From positions 286,867-350,866 of the IMG/VR virus record IMGVR_UViG_3300024259_002152: a stretch of 64,000 nucleotides of DNA; one strand, written 5' to 3'. Below, piece after piece: positions 20,364 to 30,057 of the stretch (positions are counted from its first letter, which is position 1; each line of letters begins with the position of its first letter). The position numbers and the translations under genes were made by a program. A model generated the notes under the pieces. The model was not told the origin of the DNA, did not search any database, and worked only from the letters and a program-made list of their open reading frames with translations.

Positions 20364-20969
20364 ATGAGTAAAAGTGGTAAAATAACAATTGGATTTCTTT
20401 TCAGCTTTATGCTAATTGCAGTTGTATTAGGTGGTATTGTTGCCTCCAATGCTAAAGCTGCAAAAGATGGAGAATGGGAATTATGGACTTCAGCAAAAAT
20501 TATAGATGTAGATCCTCTTTATTCTATAGGAGGTTTTGGCATGATGGCTCATTTTGACAACATGGCATGGGCGGTAATATGGCGACAGGATATTGTAGGG
20601 AAATGGCCAGCTATAGGACAAACAGGGTCTCTTTATAAGAAAGGAAGCGAAGATAAAACAAAATGGAAATGGGTAAGAAAAAAACTCTCGAAAAAAATCA
20701 AAGCCAAAGTTAAACGCAAAACAAAGCATGATCCAAATAATGTAATTTCATTACCTCCCCAAATAATATTACCAGAAAATACAGAATGGGAGAGAGCCTC
20801 TACTACTCCTGAAATAGATAAAATCGTAGTAGTAAGATTCGATGATGGTAGAACTTCTACGGCTTATATTAATAATGATAAAGAGTGGAAGTTAGACATA
20901 GAAAGAAATAAATATCGCGGAGGCAAAACTATTAATAATGTCAAAGAATGGAAAGATATAGGTATCTAA
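20364..20969 (+). CDS. exported hypothetical protein (paralog 2)
   Basis: Paralog of 19907..20302. Confidence 0.7.
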   Translation: MSKSGKITIGFLFSFMLIAVVLGGIVASNAKAAKDGEWELWTSAKIIDVDPLYSIGGFGMMAHFDNMAWAVIWRQDIVGKWPAIGQTGSLYKKGSEDKTKWKWVRKKLSKKIKAKVKRKTKHDPNNVISLPPQIILPENTEWERASTTPEIDKIVVVRFDDGRTSTAYINNDKEWKLDIERNKYRGGKTINNVKEWKDIGI

Positions 20970-20970
20970 A

Positions 20971-21345
20971 ATGGAGAATAATCTTAAACAAACAAGACAG
21001 AAACTTAATAACGAAGCAGAGCACCTTAAACAAGTAAGGCAAAAACTCAATACGGAAATAGAGCAACTTAACCAAAATCTTCGTGAAAAAGAATATCTAT
21101 TAAACGCTATAGATAAAAAATGTTCTCATATGTGGGGAGAAACCATCCCTGATCACATTGAACATAAAGCACATACAATCCCAGGAGATCCTCCAGGAAC
21201 GATGGGTGTAGATTGGAGGGGTCCAATTAATGTTCCTGCAAAAACAGAAGAACGTTGGAAACGTATTTGTAAAATATGCGGCAAAATCGAATATAGTAAA
21301 GAAACTACAGAACAAGTAATTCATGCTCCTAAATTTTCGACATGA
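20971..21345 (+). CDS. hypothetical protein
   Basis: Coiled coil plus CxH...CxxC. Confidence 0.7.
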   Translation: MENNLKQTRQKLNNEAEHLKQVRQKLNTEIEQLNQNLREKEYLLNAIDKKCSHMWGETIPDHIEHKAHTIPGDPPGTMGVDWRGPINVPAKTEERWKRICKICGKIEYSKETTEQVIHAPKFST

Positions 21346-21539
21346 TAAAATTAGAAAATCTAACTGATAAAAACGTTGGCAGAGAAGTTATTTATACTTC
21401 TGCAAAAGGAAAAGAAGAACATGGAAAAATAACTTCCTGGAATTCTAAATTTATCTTTGTTGATTATGGAAATAATTGTGGCAGAGGAACTGCTACTTCT
21501 CCTGAAGATTTAACATTTACATATGAAGTAAAAAGATGA
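21342..21539 (+). CDS. hypothetical protein
   Basis: ATGA overlap in packed array. Confidence 0.65.
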   Translation: MIKLENLTDKNVGREVIYTSAKGKEEHGKITSWNSKFIFVDYGNNCGRGTATSPEDLTFTYEVKR

Positions 21540-21542
21540 TCT

Positions 21543-21746
21543 ATGAAATATTTTAAAGACATATATGACTTATGCAAAGGCTTCATTACAACAATAATCA
21601 TTTATGGGATACTATTGGGAATAGTAATAATTCCAATTCTATTTATCGAATCCTTTAATTCTAACAATAAGGATAATGCTTCTGAAAATTCTGAAAATAA
21701 ATCTTCAAAAATAATAATTGCAAAAGAAAATAAAATATCATCATGA
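21543..21746 (+). CDS. small membrane protein
   Basis: Single TM. Confidence 0.6.
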   Translation: MKYFKDIYDLCKGFITTIIIYGILLGIVIIPILFIESFNSNNKDNASENSENKSSKIIIAKENKISS

Positions 21747-21982
21747 AAAATAAAAAAGCATTTTTTAGTCCTTGTCAATGGGTGAGATTTTGTGCAAAAT
21801 TATCTCTATGTGTGTTTCTATTTTTAATGTCTTTAGGTATAGTTGACTGCAATGTAAGAATGATAAAGCATCGCTATAAAACAGTAAAAGATACTGACGA
21901 AAAGGCAATAGTAGATGTTCAAAAAAAAGAAACTACTGAAAATTCTTATACAGGTATAAATTATAATCCTTTGCAAAAGTAG
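21743..21982 (+). CDS. small membrane protein
   Basis: ATGA overlap, single TM. Confidence 0.6.
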   Translation: MKNKKAFFSPCQWVRFCAKLSLCVFLFLMSLGIVDCNVRMIKHRYKTVKDTDEKAIVDVQKKETTENSYTGINYNPLQK

Positions 21983-21991
21983 AATATTATC

Positions 21992-22501
21992 ATGAGTATA
22001 CCTTTTTATAGATATGTTGAATATTTGGATGATGGACACAGCCTCTATCAATGTCTTCAATGTGGCACAAAAATAGATGTGGGAGAATGGTTTGAACCTA
22101 ATTTTTGTTGGGATTGTGGAGTAAAATTTAAGGGTATGATACTTCGTAAACAAACTGATTATATTTCTCTTCCCATAACTAATGAATTGTGGTTTCAAAT
22201 TGAGTCGGGTTATGATTGGGGAGAAGGAGAGGGTGTCCATTGGGGACCAACTTGGAGAGGACATCATAATGCTCATCAAGCAATAAAATATTTAAAAAAA
22301 GCACGAGAGGAAAGAGAAGAAGAGAATAAAAGAATTATAAAACAAACAGGGAAGGAAGGATATAAATTTAGGGTAACTGCCCAAATAAAAGAGAAATCTC
22401 ATGGTGCTGTCATTATTGATACTGCTAAGTATTATAAAAAAACAGGAAAAAAGTTTGATAAGAAAATACGAGAAAGGCATATGAATGGCAATAAAAGATG
22501 A
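21992..22501 (+). CDS. zinc-ribbon hypothetical protein
   Basis: CLQCG...CWDCG. Confidence 0.7.
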   Translation: MSIPFYRYVEYLDDGHSLYQCLQCGTKIDVGEWFEPNFCWDCGVKFKGMILRKQTDYISLPITNELWFQIESGYDWGEGEGVHWGPTWRGHHNAHQAIKYLKKAREEREEENKRIIKQTGKEGYKFRVTAQIKEKSHGAVIIDTAKYYKKTGKKFDKKIRERHMNGNKR

Positions 22502-22790
22502 AATTATAAGGATATATGAAAGACCAGTTATTGCTCATCCTGGTGGCGCTGTAGTGCATATGGGAGATTGTCATATCTATGATTCTTGGCTGGGAATATG
22601 CACATGTGGTTTACATCATTTGCTACAACAAGCAGGGAGCGAAGTTGCCCAGGAAGTTTATCCTCGTTTCCAAGAAGAAAAAACAAATGAGAGTTTTGTT
22701 GTATATCTTTTGCAAGAATTTCGTGATGGTAATCTTTACGTTAAAAATAAGGGAAAATTCGTCCAAGTTGAAACAAAAGAGGTTTATTAA
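22485..22790 (+). CDS. hypothetical protein
   Basis: HMGDC...CTCGLHH. Confidence 0.65.
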   Translation: MAIKDEIIRIYERPVIAHPGGAVVHMGDCHIYDSWLGICTCGLHHLLQQAGSEVAQEVYPRFQEEKTNESFVVYLLQEFRDGNLYVKNKGKFVQVETKEVY

Positions 22791-23096
22791 GTGGAAGTAA
22801 AAGAAAAGAAAATAGAGAAAGAAGATAAGGTGGAAAAGAACAGTACTGACGAAAGAGAACAATTAGAGTCTATTACTTCTTTTCTCCGCGAATCTATTCC
22901 TGCCCCCGAAGGGAGTATAATTGATGTAAAGCATCTTTGGGGGAAATTTTATAGGATTAATTATTGGAGAGAAGATAAAATACGAGCAGAAAGTAAATTA
23001 AATAGTGACATTTCTATGAACAGAGTAATAGAATCAAAATTTGTTCGAGTAGAGATAGTCATAGATGGCTATATTTTTGAGGATTATGATGCCTAA
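22791..23096 (+). CDS. hypothetical protein
   Basis: GAGG RBS, GTG start. Confidence 0.65.
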   Translation: MEVKEKKIEKEDKVEKNSTDEREQLESITSFLRESIPAPEGSIIDVKHLWGKFYRINYWREDKIRAESKLNSDISMNRVIESKFVRVEIVIDGYIFEDYDA

Positions 23097-23538
23097 AAAA
23101 ACGCCCCTAAAAAATGAAACAGCAAAAGCATGGGACAAAAGCGTAAAAAGAGCCATGGCTGTCCTAGAAAAAACAGCAAAGAAGCGAGCGTTTGATTGCT
23201 CCCATACTGCTGATGGAAAAATCTTAAAAATAGGACTGAAGGTTTATAGTATCGATGATCCCACTATTCAATTGGTTATTTCGAATATTGAAGATGAGAT
23301 TACTCGTAGAGGAAAAAGAGTAACCCTAACTAGTAAAGAACAACAATCTTCTAAACAATATTGTAGTAAATTATTTGTTAATCAGGCAAAAGCTGTTGAT
23401 GCTTGTATTATAGATATAGAACAAGCACGACGTGCTATACTTAGGGACGCTCAAGAATCCCTCGATAGGTTAGATGCTGACAATATGCTTAAAAAATTAA
23501 AAAGGCAACGTAAAAAATTAGAAAAAACGAAAGGTTAA
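23086..23538 (+). CDS. hypothetical protein
   Basis: Packed array. Confidence 0.65.
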   Translation: MMPKKTPLKNETAKAWDKSVKRAMAVLEKTAKKRAFDCSHTADGKILKIGLKVYSIDDPTIQLVISNIEDEITRRGKRVTLTSKEQQSSKQYCSKLFVNQAKAVDACIIDIEQARRAILRDAQESLDRLDADNMLKKLKRQRKKLEKTKG

Positions 23539-23540
23539 CA

Positions 23541-23831
23541 ATGAAAGATCAAATGATAATTAATGAATTTTTAGCAAAAATCAGGGATGCAAAGCTTAAT
23601 CAGCCAGAAGCAATTGCTATGGCAGGTATGTTTATTGCAGCGGCTATTGATAGACAGACAGAATTGCAAAAAATAAGTCTTGAAATACAAATGAAAATGT
23701 CTGGCTCGGCTACTGATATGTTTGAGAAAATGAGTAGATCAGTAGATAATATGAACGAAGGGGACGAATGGAAAAACGGTCGAGATGATGATGATGGTTA
23801 TGACTCTAACACGGGTTCATTTGAATGTTGA
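23541..23831 (+). CDS. hypothetical protein
   Basis: Packed array. Confidence 0.65.
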   Translation: MKDQMIINEFLAKIRDAKLNQPEAIAMAGMFIAAAIDRQTELQKISLEIQMKMSGSATDMFEKMSRSVDNMNEGDEWKNGRDDDDGYDSNTGSFEC

Positions 23832-23946
23832 TATGGAAAAATATAATCTTTCAATACTAACTGTGATAGCCATACTGGTAGCAATCTGGGCAATTATGAT
23901 TATAGATATTTTTGCTTAAACGATAAAAATATTAAGGAGTAACATT

Positions 23947-24177
23947 ATGATTATAGGTTCGTGTCATACTAATTTAGACGATTACGATAGGGAAGAATGG
24001 CCTACACAATTTGTTGCTGTTCCAAGAGAAGGAGAATGGGTAGAGTCTAAAAATAGAAAAATTCTTAAGGTTGTTAAAGTTACACATGTTGTGGTGAAAA
24101 AAAATATTTATGGCGGAGAATGTGAACAAGGTTATCCGCAAATACGAGTAGAATTGCACAAACCATCAGGTGGGTAG
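23947..24177 (+). CDS. hypothetical protein
   Basis: AAGGAG RBS. Confidence 0.65.
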   Translation: MIIGSCHTNLDDYDREEWPTQFVAVPREGEWVESKNRKILKVVKVTHVVVKKNIYGGECEQGYPQIRVELHKPSGG

Positions 24178-24189
24178 AAAGGATGAATA

Positions 24190-24453
24190 ATGGGTAGGTG
24201 GATAGATACATTAAAAAAATTGCCAGAATCAAAGTCATTTTGGGCATTATATATGGTGGGCTTTGGAATCTGTCTTTCTTTGGCTTTAATCTCTGATATT
24301 ATCCCCGAGGAAAGTAGAGATGAATGGGGACGTACCTCTTGCGCTTATCCTATATTTCAGGTGGCTTTAGTATTAATTGCGAGTGTTCATTTTCTCGCGG
24401 CAGTGGTATTTTTGGTAGCATTTATAGTGGATAAAATAGAAAATATACCCTAA
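24190..24453 (+). CDS. small membrane protein
   Basis: Two TM segments. Confidence 0.65.
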   Translation: MGRWIDTLKKLPESKSFWALYMVGFGICLSLALISDIIPEESRDEWGRTSCAYPIFQVALVLIASVHFLAAVVFLVAFIVDKIENIP

Positions 24454-24725
24454 TGGAAGTAAAAGTAAAATTAATTGTTCCTGATGGTTTGCATATGAGG
24501 CCATCTATGATGGTTGCTGATTTGGCTAATACTTTTGAGAGCCAGATTGAAATAAGCAAAAATGGAATAAAAGTAGATGGTAAAAGCATTATGGATTTAA
24601 CTATGCTCGCAGCAGTGGTGAACGAAGAATTAACAATCACTGCTAAAGGAAAAGATGAGCAAGAAGCTATAATAGCTCTTGAAAAATTAATTAGTAGTGA
24701 TTTTGATAACTATTTAGAGAAATAA
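24453..24725 (+). CDS. ptsH: HPr phosphocarrier protein
   Basis: GLHMRP (His15) and VDGKSIM (Ser46) motifs, 90 aa. Confidence 0.92.
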   Translation: MEVKVKLIVPDGLHMRPSMMVADLANTFESQIEISKNGIKVDGKSIMDLTMLAAVVNEELTITAKGKDEQEAIIALEKLISSDFDNYLEK

Positions 24726-24742
24726 GAATGGGAGAATAAATA

Positions 24743-25009
24743 ATGGGCGAAGGAACGAAAATAACTAAGGAAGAAATGTTAATAGAAGAGATACGGAATG
24801 TAGTAGCTAATTTTGAAAAAGACTCCGCAATAGCTAAAGGAATAGCCAGGGATAGGGCTGAGAGAGTTGCTGAACTTATAAGTTCTACCAGCGAAGAAGG
24901 GATAAAAAAAAGAGACTCAGCACACATGGACTTTCAACGTTGGAGAGAAAGGTCAGAAGTTTTTGCACAAGCGGCAAAAGAATTAAAAAAGATACTAATA
25001 CCACATTAA
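24743..25009 (+). CDS. hypothetical protein
   Basis: GGAG RBS. Confidence 0.65.
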   Translation: MGEGTKITKEEMLIEEIRNVVANFEKDSAIAKGIARDRAERVAELISSTSEEGIKKRDSAHMDFQRWRERSEVFAQAAKELKKILIPH

Positions 25010-25024
25010 GTAAGGATATAAAAA

Positions 25025-25630
25025 ATGTATGAAAAATTTACCGATAGGGCAAAAAGGGTATTAGCACTAGCCAATCAAACTGCACAAGGATGGAACCACG
25101 AGTATATTGGGACTGAACATATTCTTATGGGTTTAATTAAGGAAGGAAGTGGTATAGGATGCAATGTCCTAAAACAGTTTAATATTAATCTAGATCATGC
25201 CAGAAAAAAGATTGAAGAAATTGTTCAGACAGGTCCCGACATAGTTAGTATGGGCAAACTGCCGATGACTCCGAGAGGAGAGAAGATCATTCGTCTAGCA
25301 ATAGATTGTGCTAAAAAAATGAATTGCAATTATGTTGGAACAGAACATTTAATGCACGGGTTGCTTGAAGAAAAAGACGGTGTGGCATCCCATGTTTTGA
25401 TGGATTTATCACTCACTTTGGAAAAATATGAGAAAAATCTAGAATTTACACTAGGACCCAACACCAGGGAAAACGGATGTAAAAATTGTGTTAGTTATGA
25501 AGTATGTGTGATAGTTAAACATATAAATAAAACTCCATTGCTTGTTATCTCATCAAATCTTAATGATGTTCGAAAAGAAATGGAGAAGGTAGTCGCGAGT
25601 TCCTGCAAATGTTATAAGGAAAAAGAATGA
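25025..25630 (+). CDS. stand-alone Clp N-terminal repeat domain (ClpC-like) with Cys-rich tail
   Basis: MYEKFTDRAKRV...HEYIGTEHIL...YVGTEHL; no AAA domain. Confidence 0.9.
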   Translation: MYEKFTDRAKRVLALANQTAQGWNHEYIGTEHILMGLIKEGSGIGCNVLKQFNINLDHARKKIEEIVQTGPDIVSMGKLPMTPRGEKIIRLAIDCAKKMNCNYVGTEHLMHGLLEEKDGVASHVLMDLSLTLEKYEKNLEFTLGPNTRENGCKNCVSYEVCVIVKHINKTPLLVISSNLNDVRKEMEKVVASSCKCYKEKE

Positions 25631-25806
25631 TGAAAAAGGGTTTTTCTCTTATAGAATTAATGGTCGTCGTTATAATTGTGATAATTCTGCTATGTTTGGT
25701 AGTGAAAGCAGGATGGTATATGGCAATTGGACCAATTTTTAGAAACATAATACCACTATTAATCGGTGGTTTTGTAGGGTATGTTGTTGGAAAGAAAAAT
25801 AGATAG
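25627..25806 (+). CDS. 59 aa prepilin-type N-methylation motif protein
   Basis: MMKKGFSLIELMVVVIIV; ATGA overlap; not in the ORF track. Confidence 0.7.
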   Translation: MMKKGFSLIELMVVVIIVIILLCLVVKAGWYMAIGPIFRNIIPLLIGGFVGYVVGKKNR

Positions 25807-25993
25807 GAAATTTATACTTAACTCTAAAACAAAAGTCTGAAACTCCTATGTTCTTTCAAAAGTGAAAGGCATGCCAACATGATACATAACTCCTTGCTTA
25901 TAAAGGAGTTATGTATTTTTTTTATATTGTGATTGTTTTTATCTCCCAAGTGATTATAATAATTTTTGAAAGTGATAATTTTGTGGAAGAAAA

Positions 25994-26740
25994 ATGATGC
26001 CAATTTTGGACGATTATATAGCAGAAACAGAGTTTCTAAAATCAAAAGAAACTGATGAAACAGGAGGCAAAGAGAATGCTATTTGCGTAATAGCTGTTTC
26101 TGCCACTGGAGATGCTCTGGTGATTACTACTATTAATGCAAAACAAGCTGCATGGTATTATGATGACTATCTACAAGATGGGATGCCTTGTCTTGATGAA
26201 GAACCTGGTATTTATATTATTGAATTTGCAGTAGAAGAAAAAAGAGATTACTGGGGAGAATGTGATTCATGGTTAGAATATAAGAATATTATAAAATACA
26301 AAGTCATCATTAATGATAAAAGAAATTCACATGATAAGAATATAACATATGCAAATGATGGCATACTAGTAGATGGTAATGACAATTTTGGCTCTGAATA
26401 TCCTCGTTGTTTGTTTGTGGTTACAGATAGTGGTATGGGTTTTGTCCTTGATATCTTGAATGAAGATAAAGCTTATAAAAGTATTATTGAAGAAATTACG
26501 TGGTATATGGAAGATATTGATAATGCTGATCCCATAATATGCTGTGAAGGCATATATATAGCAACATGTTCTATTGTTGGAGATATGGTTAATCTGCTAG
26601 ATCGAGATGAAAATGAAGATATTAAATTGACAAATATAGAACAAGTAGAACTCATACCCGAAAAAGATGATTCTCCAAAGTCAGAAACATTCATACGAAA
26701 GGAACAAGAATGGCGGACGAACAGGCTCCTGAAGAAATAA
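25994..26740 (+). CDS. acidic hypothetical protein with two similar halves
   Basis: PGIYI / EGIYI repeated module. Confidence 0.7.
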   Translation: MMPILDDYIAETEFLKSKETDETGGKENAICVIAVSATGDALVITTINAKQAAWYYDDYLQDGMPCLDEEPGIYIIEFAVEEKRDYWGECDSWLEYKNIIKYKVIINDKRNSHDKNITYANDGILVDGNDNFGSEYPRCLFVVTDSGMGFVLDILNEDKAYKSIIEEITWYMEDIDNADPIICCEGIYIATCSIVGDMVNLLDRDENEDIKLTNIEQVELIPEKDDSPKSETFIRKEQEWRTNRLLKK

Positions 26741-26925
26741 CTATTCAACTATGGTGGAATTCAGGCGGAGGAATGTCGGTAAGAAGAGACTGTCTTGACC
26801 CAGATCACCCTGAACATACCTATAATTATATATTAAGAGAGTTTGGAGTTAGACCCGAACAGTATGGAATCGAAAAACCAAAAAATTATATGGAAACATG
26901 CCCCTCATGCGGTTGTAGATTTTGA
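26710..26925 (+). CDS. hypothetical protein
   Basis: AAGGA RBS. Confidence 0.6.
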   Translation: MADEQAPEEITIQLWWNSGGGMSVRRDCLDPDHPEHTYNYILREFGVRPEQYGIEKPKNYMETCPSCGCRF

Positions 26926-26933
26926 GGAATATT

Positions 26934-27239
26934 ATGATAGAATTAATACTAAAAATTCTTTTCAGTATACTTGTAATTGGAGCATTTGTGTGGTCATCCC
27001 TTAAGGCTTATTTCGCCTCTAAAGCATATTTTACACGAATTAACCAAATTCGAATTGAACGACGAAAAGATGCTGAAGAAATAATAGCACAAATAGATGT
27101 TCTTATAAATCAACAAAATGAGATTCTCGAAGAGATAAAAACTCTCAAAACTGAGCAAAACCAATCTCTAAATTTAACAAATATTAATGAGATATATGAG
27201 GAAGCCATTAATGACGACAAAAAAGAAAAAGAAGATTAA
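26934..27239 (+). CDS. TM plus coiled-coil protein
   Basis: GAGG RBS. Confidence 0.65.
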   Translation: MIELILKILFSILVIGAFVWSSLKAYFASKAYFTRINQIRIERRKDAEEIIAQIDVLINQQNEILEEIKTLKTEQNQSLNLTNINEIYEEAINDDKKEKED

Positions 27240-27471
27240 AAACTGTTTAGATTGTAGTTGTCATGAAATTATTGATGATCGAGATCCTCATGACTCGTTT
27301 TGTAGTGATGATATAGCAGTAGTATGCACAATAACCCAAAATCCTAACTGCAAACCAAAATCTAAATATCTAGCAAGTAGAAGTAAATTTCATATAGTAG
27401 CTTGTGCTTGTAGACCTTATAATGCGAAAAAAGAAGCAACAGTGCCCGATTGGTGCCCAAAAAACAAATAA
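27211..27471 (+). CDS. Cys-rich hypothetical protein
   Basis: CxxC...VPDWCP. Confidence 0.65.
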   Translation: MTTKKKKKIKNCLDCSCHEIIDDRDPHDSFCSDDIAVVCTITQNPNCKPKSKYLASRSKFHIVACACRPYNAKKEATVPDWCPKNK

Positions 27472-27481
27472 GGAATTGTCC

Positions 27482-28417
27482 ATGGCAAATGTAGTAATGA
27501 TTGTAGGATATCCCGCAGCAGGAAAATCAGCGATAGCACAAGGATATATAGACCATGGATATACCATTCTAAATAGAGATACAGAGGGAGGAACTATCTC
27601 TGCCCTTGTGCCTAAGATGGTAAAACTTATTAGACAATATACAGACGTTGTCCTAGATAATACTTTCCCTACCAAACAAGTTAGAAAACAATTCATAGAA
27701 GCATGTAAAGATAATAATACTCCTATCTATTGTAATTGGGTTAATTCTTCTATAGAAGAAGCTCAGTTTAATGCCTGTCAAAGAATGATAAAGACAAGGG
27801 GCAAACTTCTCTCTTCAGAAGAGATTAAAAAAGAAAAAAGTCCTAATATGTTCCCTCCTATGGTCCAATTCAAATACCGTAAAGAGTTTGAAGAACCATC
27901 AGAAAAGGAGGGTTTTGGTATGGTGACTATAACAGAATTTGAAAGAAGATTTCCCCCTAATTGGAAGAATAAAGCCCTATTCCTTGACTATGATGGAACA
28001 CTTAGAACTACAAAAAGCGATAAGAAATGGCCTACCAAACCCAATGACATTCAAATACTTCCTAATCGAAGAGCCGTCCTTGATTACTATAAATCTCAAG
28101 GATATATTCTGTTGGGAGTTAGTAATCAATCGGGAATAAGAAAAGATAATCCAACCGAAGAACAAGCAATAGTTTGCTTCGATAAAACTAATACTATGCT
28201 TGGACATAAGATAGATTATAAGTATTGCCCCCATAGACCAGCTCCCATTAGCTGCTATTGTAGAAAACCTATGCCAGGAATGGCAATAGAATTTTTCCAT
28301 AAATATAAACTAGATCCTACTCAGTGCATTATGGTGGGAGATATGACCTCTGATGAAACGTTTGCTAAGAGATCCCATATGCAGTTTGTTCATGCTGATG
28401 AATTTTTTAAGTCATAG
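27482..28417 (+). CDS. polynucleotide kinase / HAD 3'-phosphatase (PNKP-like)
   Basis: GYPAAGKS P-loop, LDNT; DYDGT, SNQSG, RKPMPGM, MVGD. Confidence 0.88.
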   Translation: MANVVMIVGYPAAGKSAIAQGYIDHGYTILNRDTEGGTISALVPKMVKLIRQYTDVVLDNTFPTKQVRKQFIEACKDNNTPIYCNWVNSSIEEAQFNACQRMIKTRGKLLSSEEIKKEKSPNMFPPMVQFKYRKEFEEPSEKEGFGMVTITEFERRFPPNWKNKALFLDYDGTLRTTKSDKKWPTKPNDIQILPNRRAVLDYYKSQGYILLGVSNQSGIRKDNPTEEQAIVCFDKTNTMLGHKIDYKYCPHRPAPISCYCRKPMPGMAIEFFHKYKLDPTQCIMVGDMTSDETFAKRSHMQFVHADEFFKS

Positions 28418-28429
28418 AACGGAGATGAA

Positions 28430-28654
28430 ATGACGACAGGAACAGCCAGAAAGTTTTGGAGTTTAGATGGGTTTGTGGCTATTATCTTTACTATTTTTAC
28501 CATTAGTGCTCTGCTCCGTGGAAGTATCCTAGGTGCCATGTTAATGGGTATATTCTCCTATTGGTGGATAAAAAGAGTATTAGCAAAACCCACGATAATC
28601 AGACGTAGAGGTGGGTATTCTCAGAATCACGGACCAAGGGATTTAGACCTATGA
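28430..28654 (+). CDS. small membrane protein
   Basis: GGAG RBS, two TM. Confidence 0.6.
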   Translation: MTTGTARKFWSLDGFVAIIFTIFTISALLRGSILGAMLMGIFSYWWIKRVLAKPTIIRRRGGYSQNHGPRDLDL

Positions 28655-29295
28655 AAAAACTTGCATCAGATGTAAGAGTCGGAGTAGTTTCAGAAGTGAG
28701 AAGATTCTCTATTTCGGAAAATGGAGCAATTATTTCAAAAGCGAAAGTGAGAGACAACAAAGATGGCAAACCTGTCTATCTGTTTGGTCTTAGAACTAAT
28801 AAATCTCATAGAAGACGATATTGTGCTACAGAACTTTTGAATAGTATTATAAAAACGTATTCTGACAGAGGAATAACCCTAAAGGTATTCTCTGAACATG
28901 GTGGTCCTTCTAACAATACCTTGATGAATATCTATAGGAAGTTTGGATTCAAAAGAAAAGGCAAAACTAACGTTATGTATGTGTCTCCTCCCCGAAAATG
29001 GGAAGAGGGAGATAGAACGAGAATCAAATGCCCTAATTGTGGTAACTGTATGACTATTACTCCTATGCCTTATTATAGATATTATAGAGATGCTAGGGAA
29101 GATATTTGTGAAATAACAAGCGATTATGATCCATGTGCTATGCAATGTAAAAAATGTGAATTGTCATATGCTGGAGGATGCCTTGTAAAATATAAAGGCT
29201 TTTCTACAAACCAATGGTCACCAATACTACCACTTAAAGAATGGATAGATGATATTAACCAAGGGAAAGGTAAGAATAGGAATGGTTATGGCTAA
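28651..29295 (+). CDS. GNAT-like acetyltransferase fused to a zinc ribbon
   Basis: HRRRYCATELL, IYRKFGF, CPNC...CKKC. Confidence 0.6.
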   Translation: MKKLASDVRVGVVSEVRRFSISENGAIISKAKVRDNKDGKPVYLFGLRTNKSHRRRYCATELLNSIIKTYSDRGITLKVFSEHGGPSNNTLMNIYRKFGFKRKGKTNVMYVSPPRKWEEGDRTRIKCPNCGNCMTITPMPYYRYYRDAREDICEITSDYDPCAMQCKKCELSYAGGCLVKYKGFSTNQWSPILPLKEWIDDINQGKGKNRNGYG

Positions 29296-29632
29296 AAAAA
29301 GAGAAATAGTAAAAAGACTCCAAATGATAGACTTTGAGGGAGAAGTGGAGGAAGTGCTATATACTCTTCAATCTCTTGTGGAATCTTATAAAAAGCAAGA
29401 TTATCTCAGATTCCATATCATATATGGATACGGTAATGGCGATGTGAGCGATGAATATTATCTCTTTGGGACAAGATTAGAAACTGATAAAGAATTTGAA
29501 AAACGACTGGCAAAAGAGAAAAAAGAAAGAGCAGCAAAAAAAACCAAGGTAGATAAAAGAAAAAAAGAAGAAGAACAAAAGGAAAAAGAACTATATAAAA
29601 AATTACATGATAAATATAAGGATGTAGTATGA
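29288..29632 (+). CDS. hypothetical protein
   Basis: RLETDKE plus charged coiled coil. Confidence 0.65.
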   Translation: MAKKREIVKRLQMIDFEGEVEEVLYTLQSLVESYKKQDYLRFHIIYGYGNGDVSDEYYLFGTRLETDKEFEKRLAKEKKERAAKKTKVDKRKKEEEQKEKELYKKLHDKYKDVV

Positions 29633-30048
29633 GTCATATATCGGTGCTACTAGAACAATATAGAATAAAACAGATCTACCGATCTAATGCTAATAAAGAG
29701 GATTTGATCCAATGTGGTCGCAATAATCATGTGCCAGAAGATGAACATTTTCAAAAAAATATGTCTCCAGGTCATCCCTCAATGAACGAACTGCTTAAAG
29801 ATAGTTACCCTCGAAGATGCAAACACTGTGGAGTCCTTTTAAGGCCTGAAGAATGGGAACCTATAGACCCAACTTGCCCACATGTAGAACCTATAGACCC
29901 AACTTGCCCACATGTAGAACCCACAAAATCACAATGTATACATGAAAATATAGGATATTATGGGGATAGACAAGGATGCCGATTCCCACAAAAATGTAAA
30001 CATTGCGGAATACTCTTAAAACCCAAAACATGGACAACAAAACATTAA
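29629..30048 (+). CDS. hypothetical protein with CKHCG repeats
   Basis: ATGA overlap. Confidence 0.65.
   Translation: MSHISVLLEQYRIKQIYRSNANKEDLIQCGRNNHVPEDEHFQKNMSPGHPSMNELLKDSYPRRCKHCGVLLRPEEWEPIDPTCPHVEPIDPTCPHVEPTKSQCIHENIGYYGDRQGCRFPQKCKHCGILLKPKTWTTKH
29857..29921 (+). repeat. 30-bp in-frame tandem duplication
   Basis: GAACCTATAGACCCAACTTGCCCACATGTA x2. Confidence 0.9.
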
Positions 30049-30057
30049 GGAGTTGTT

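Noticed and set aside
29857-29921. 30-bp tandem repeat as a regulatory or mobile feature
   Set aside because: It is a simple in-frame duplication inside a hypothetical gene.
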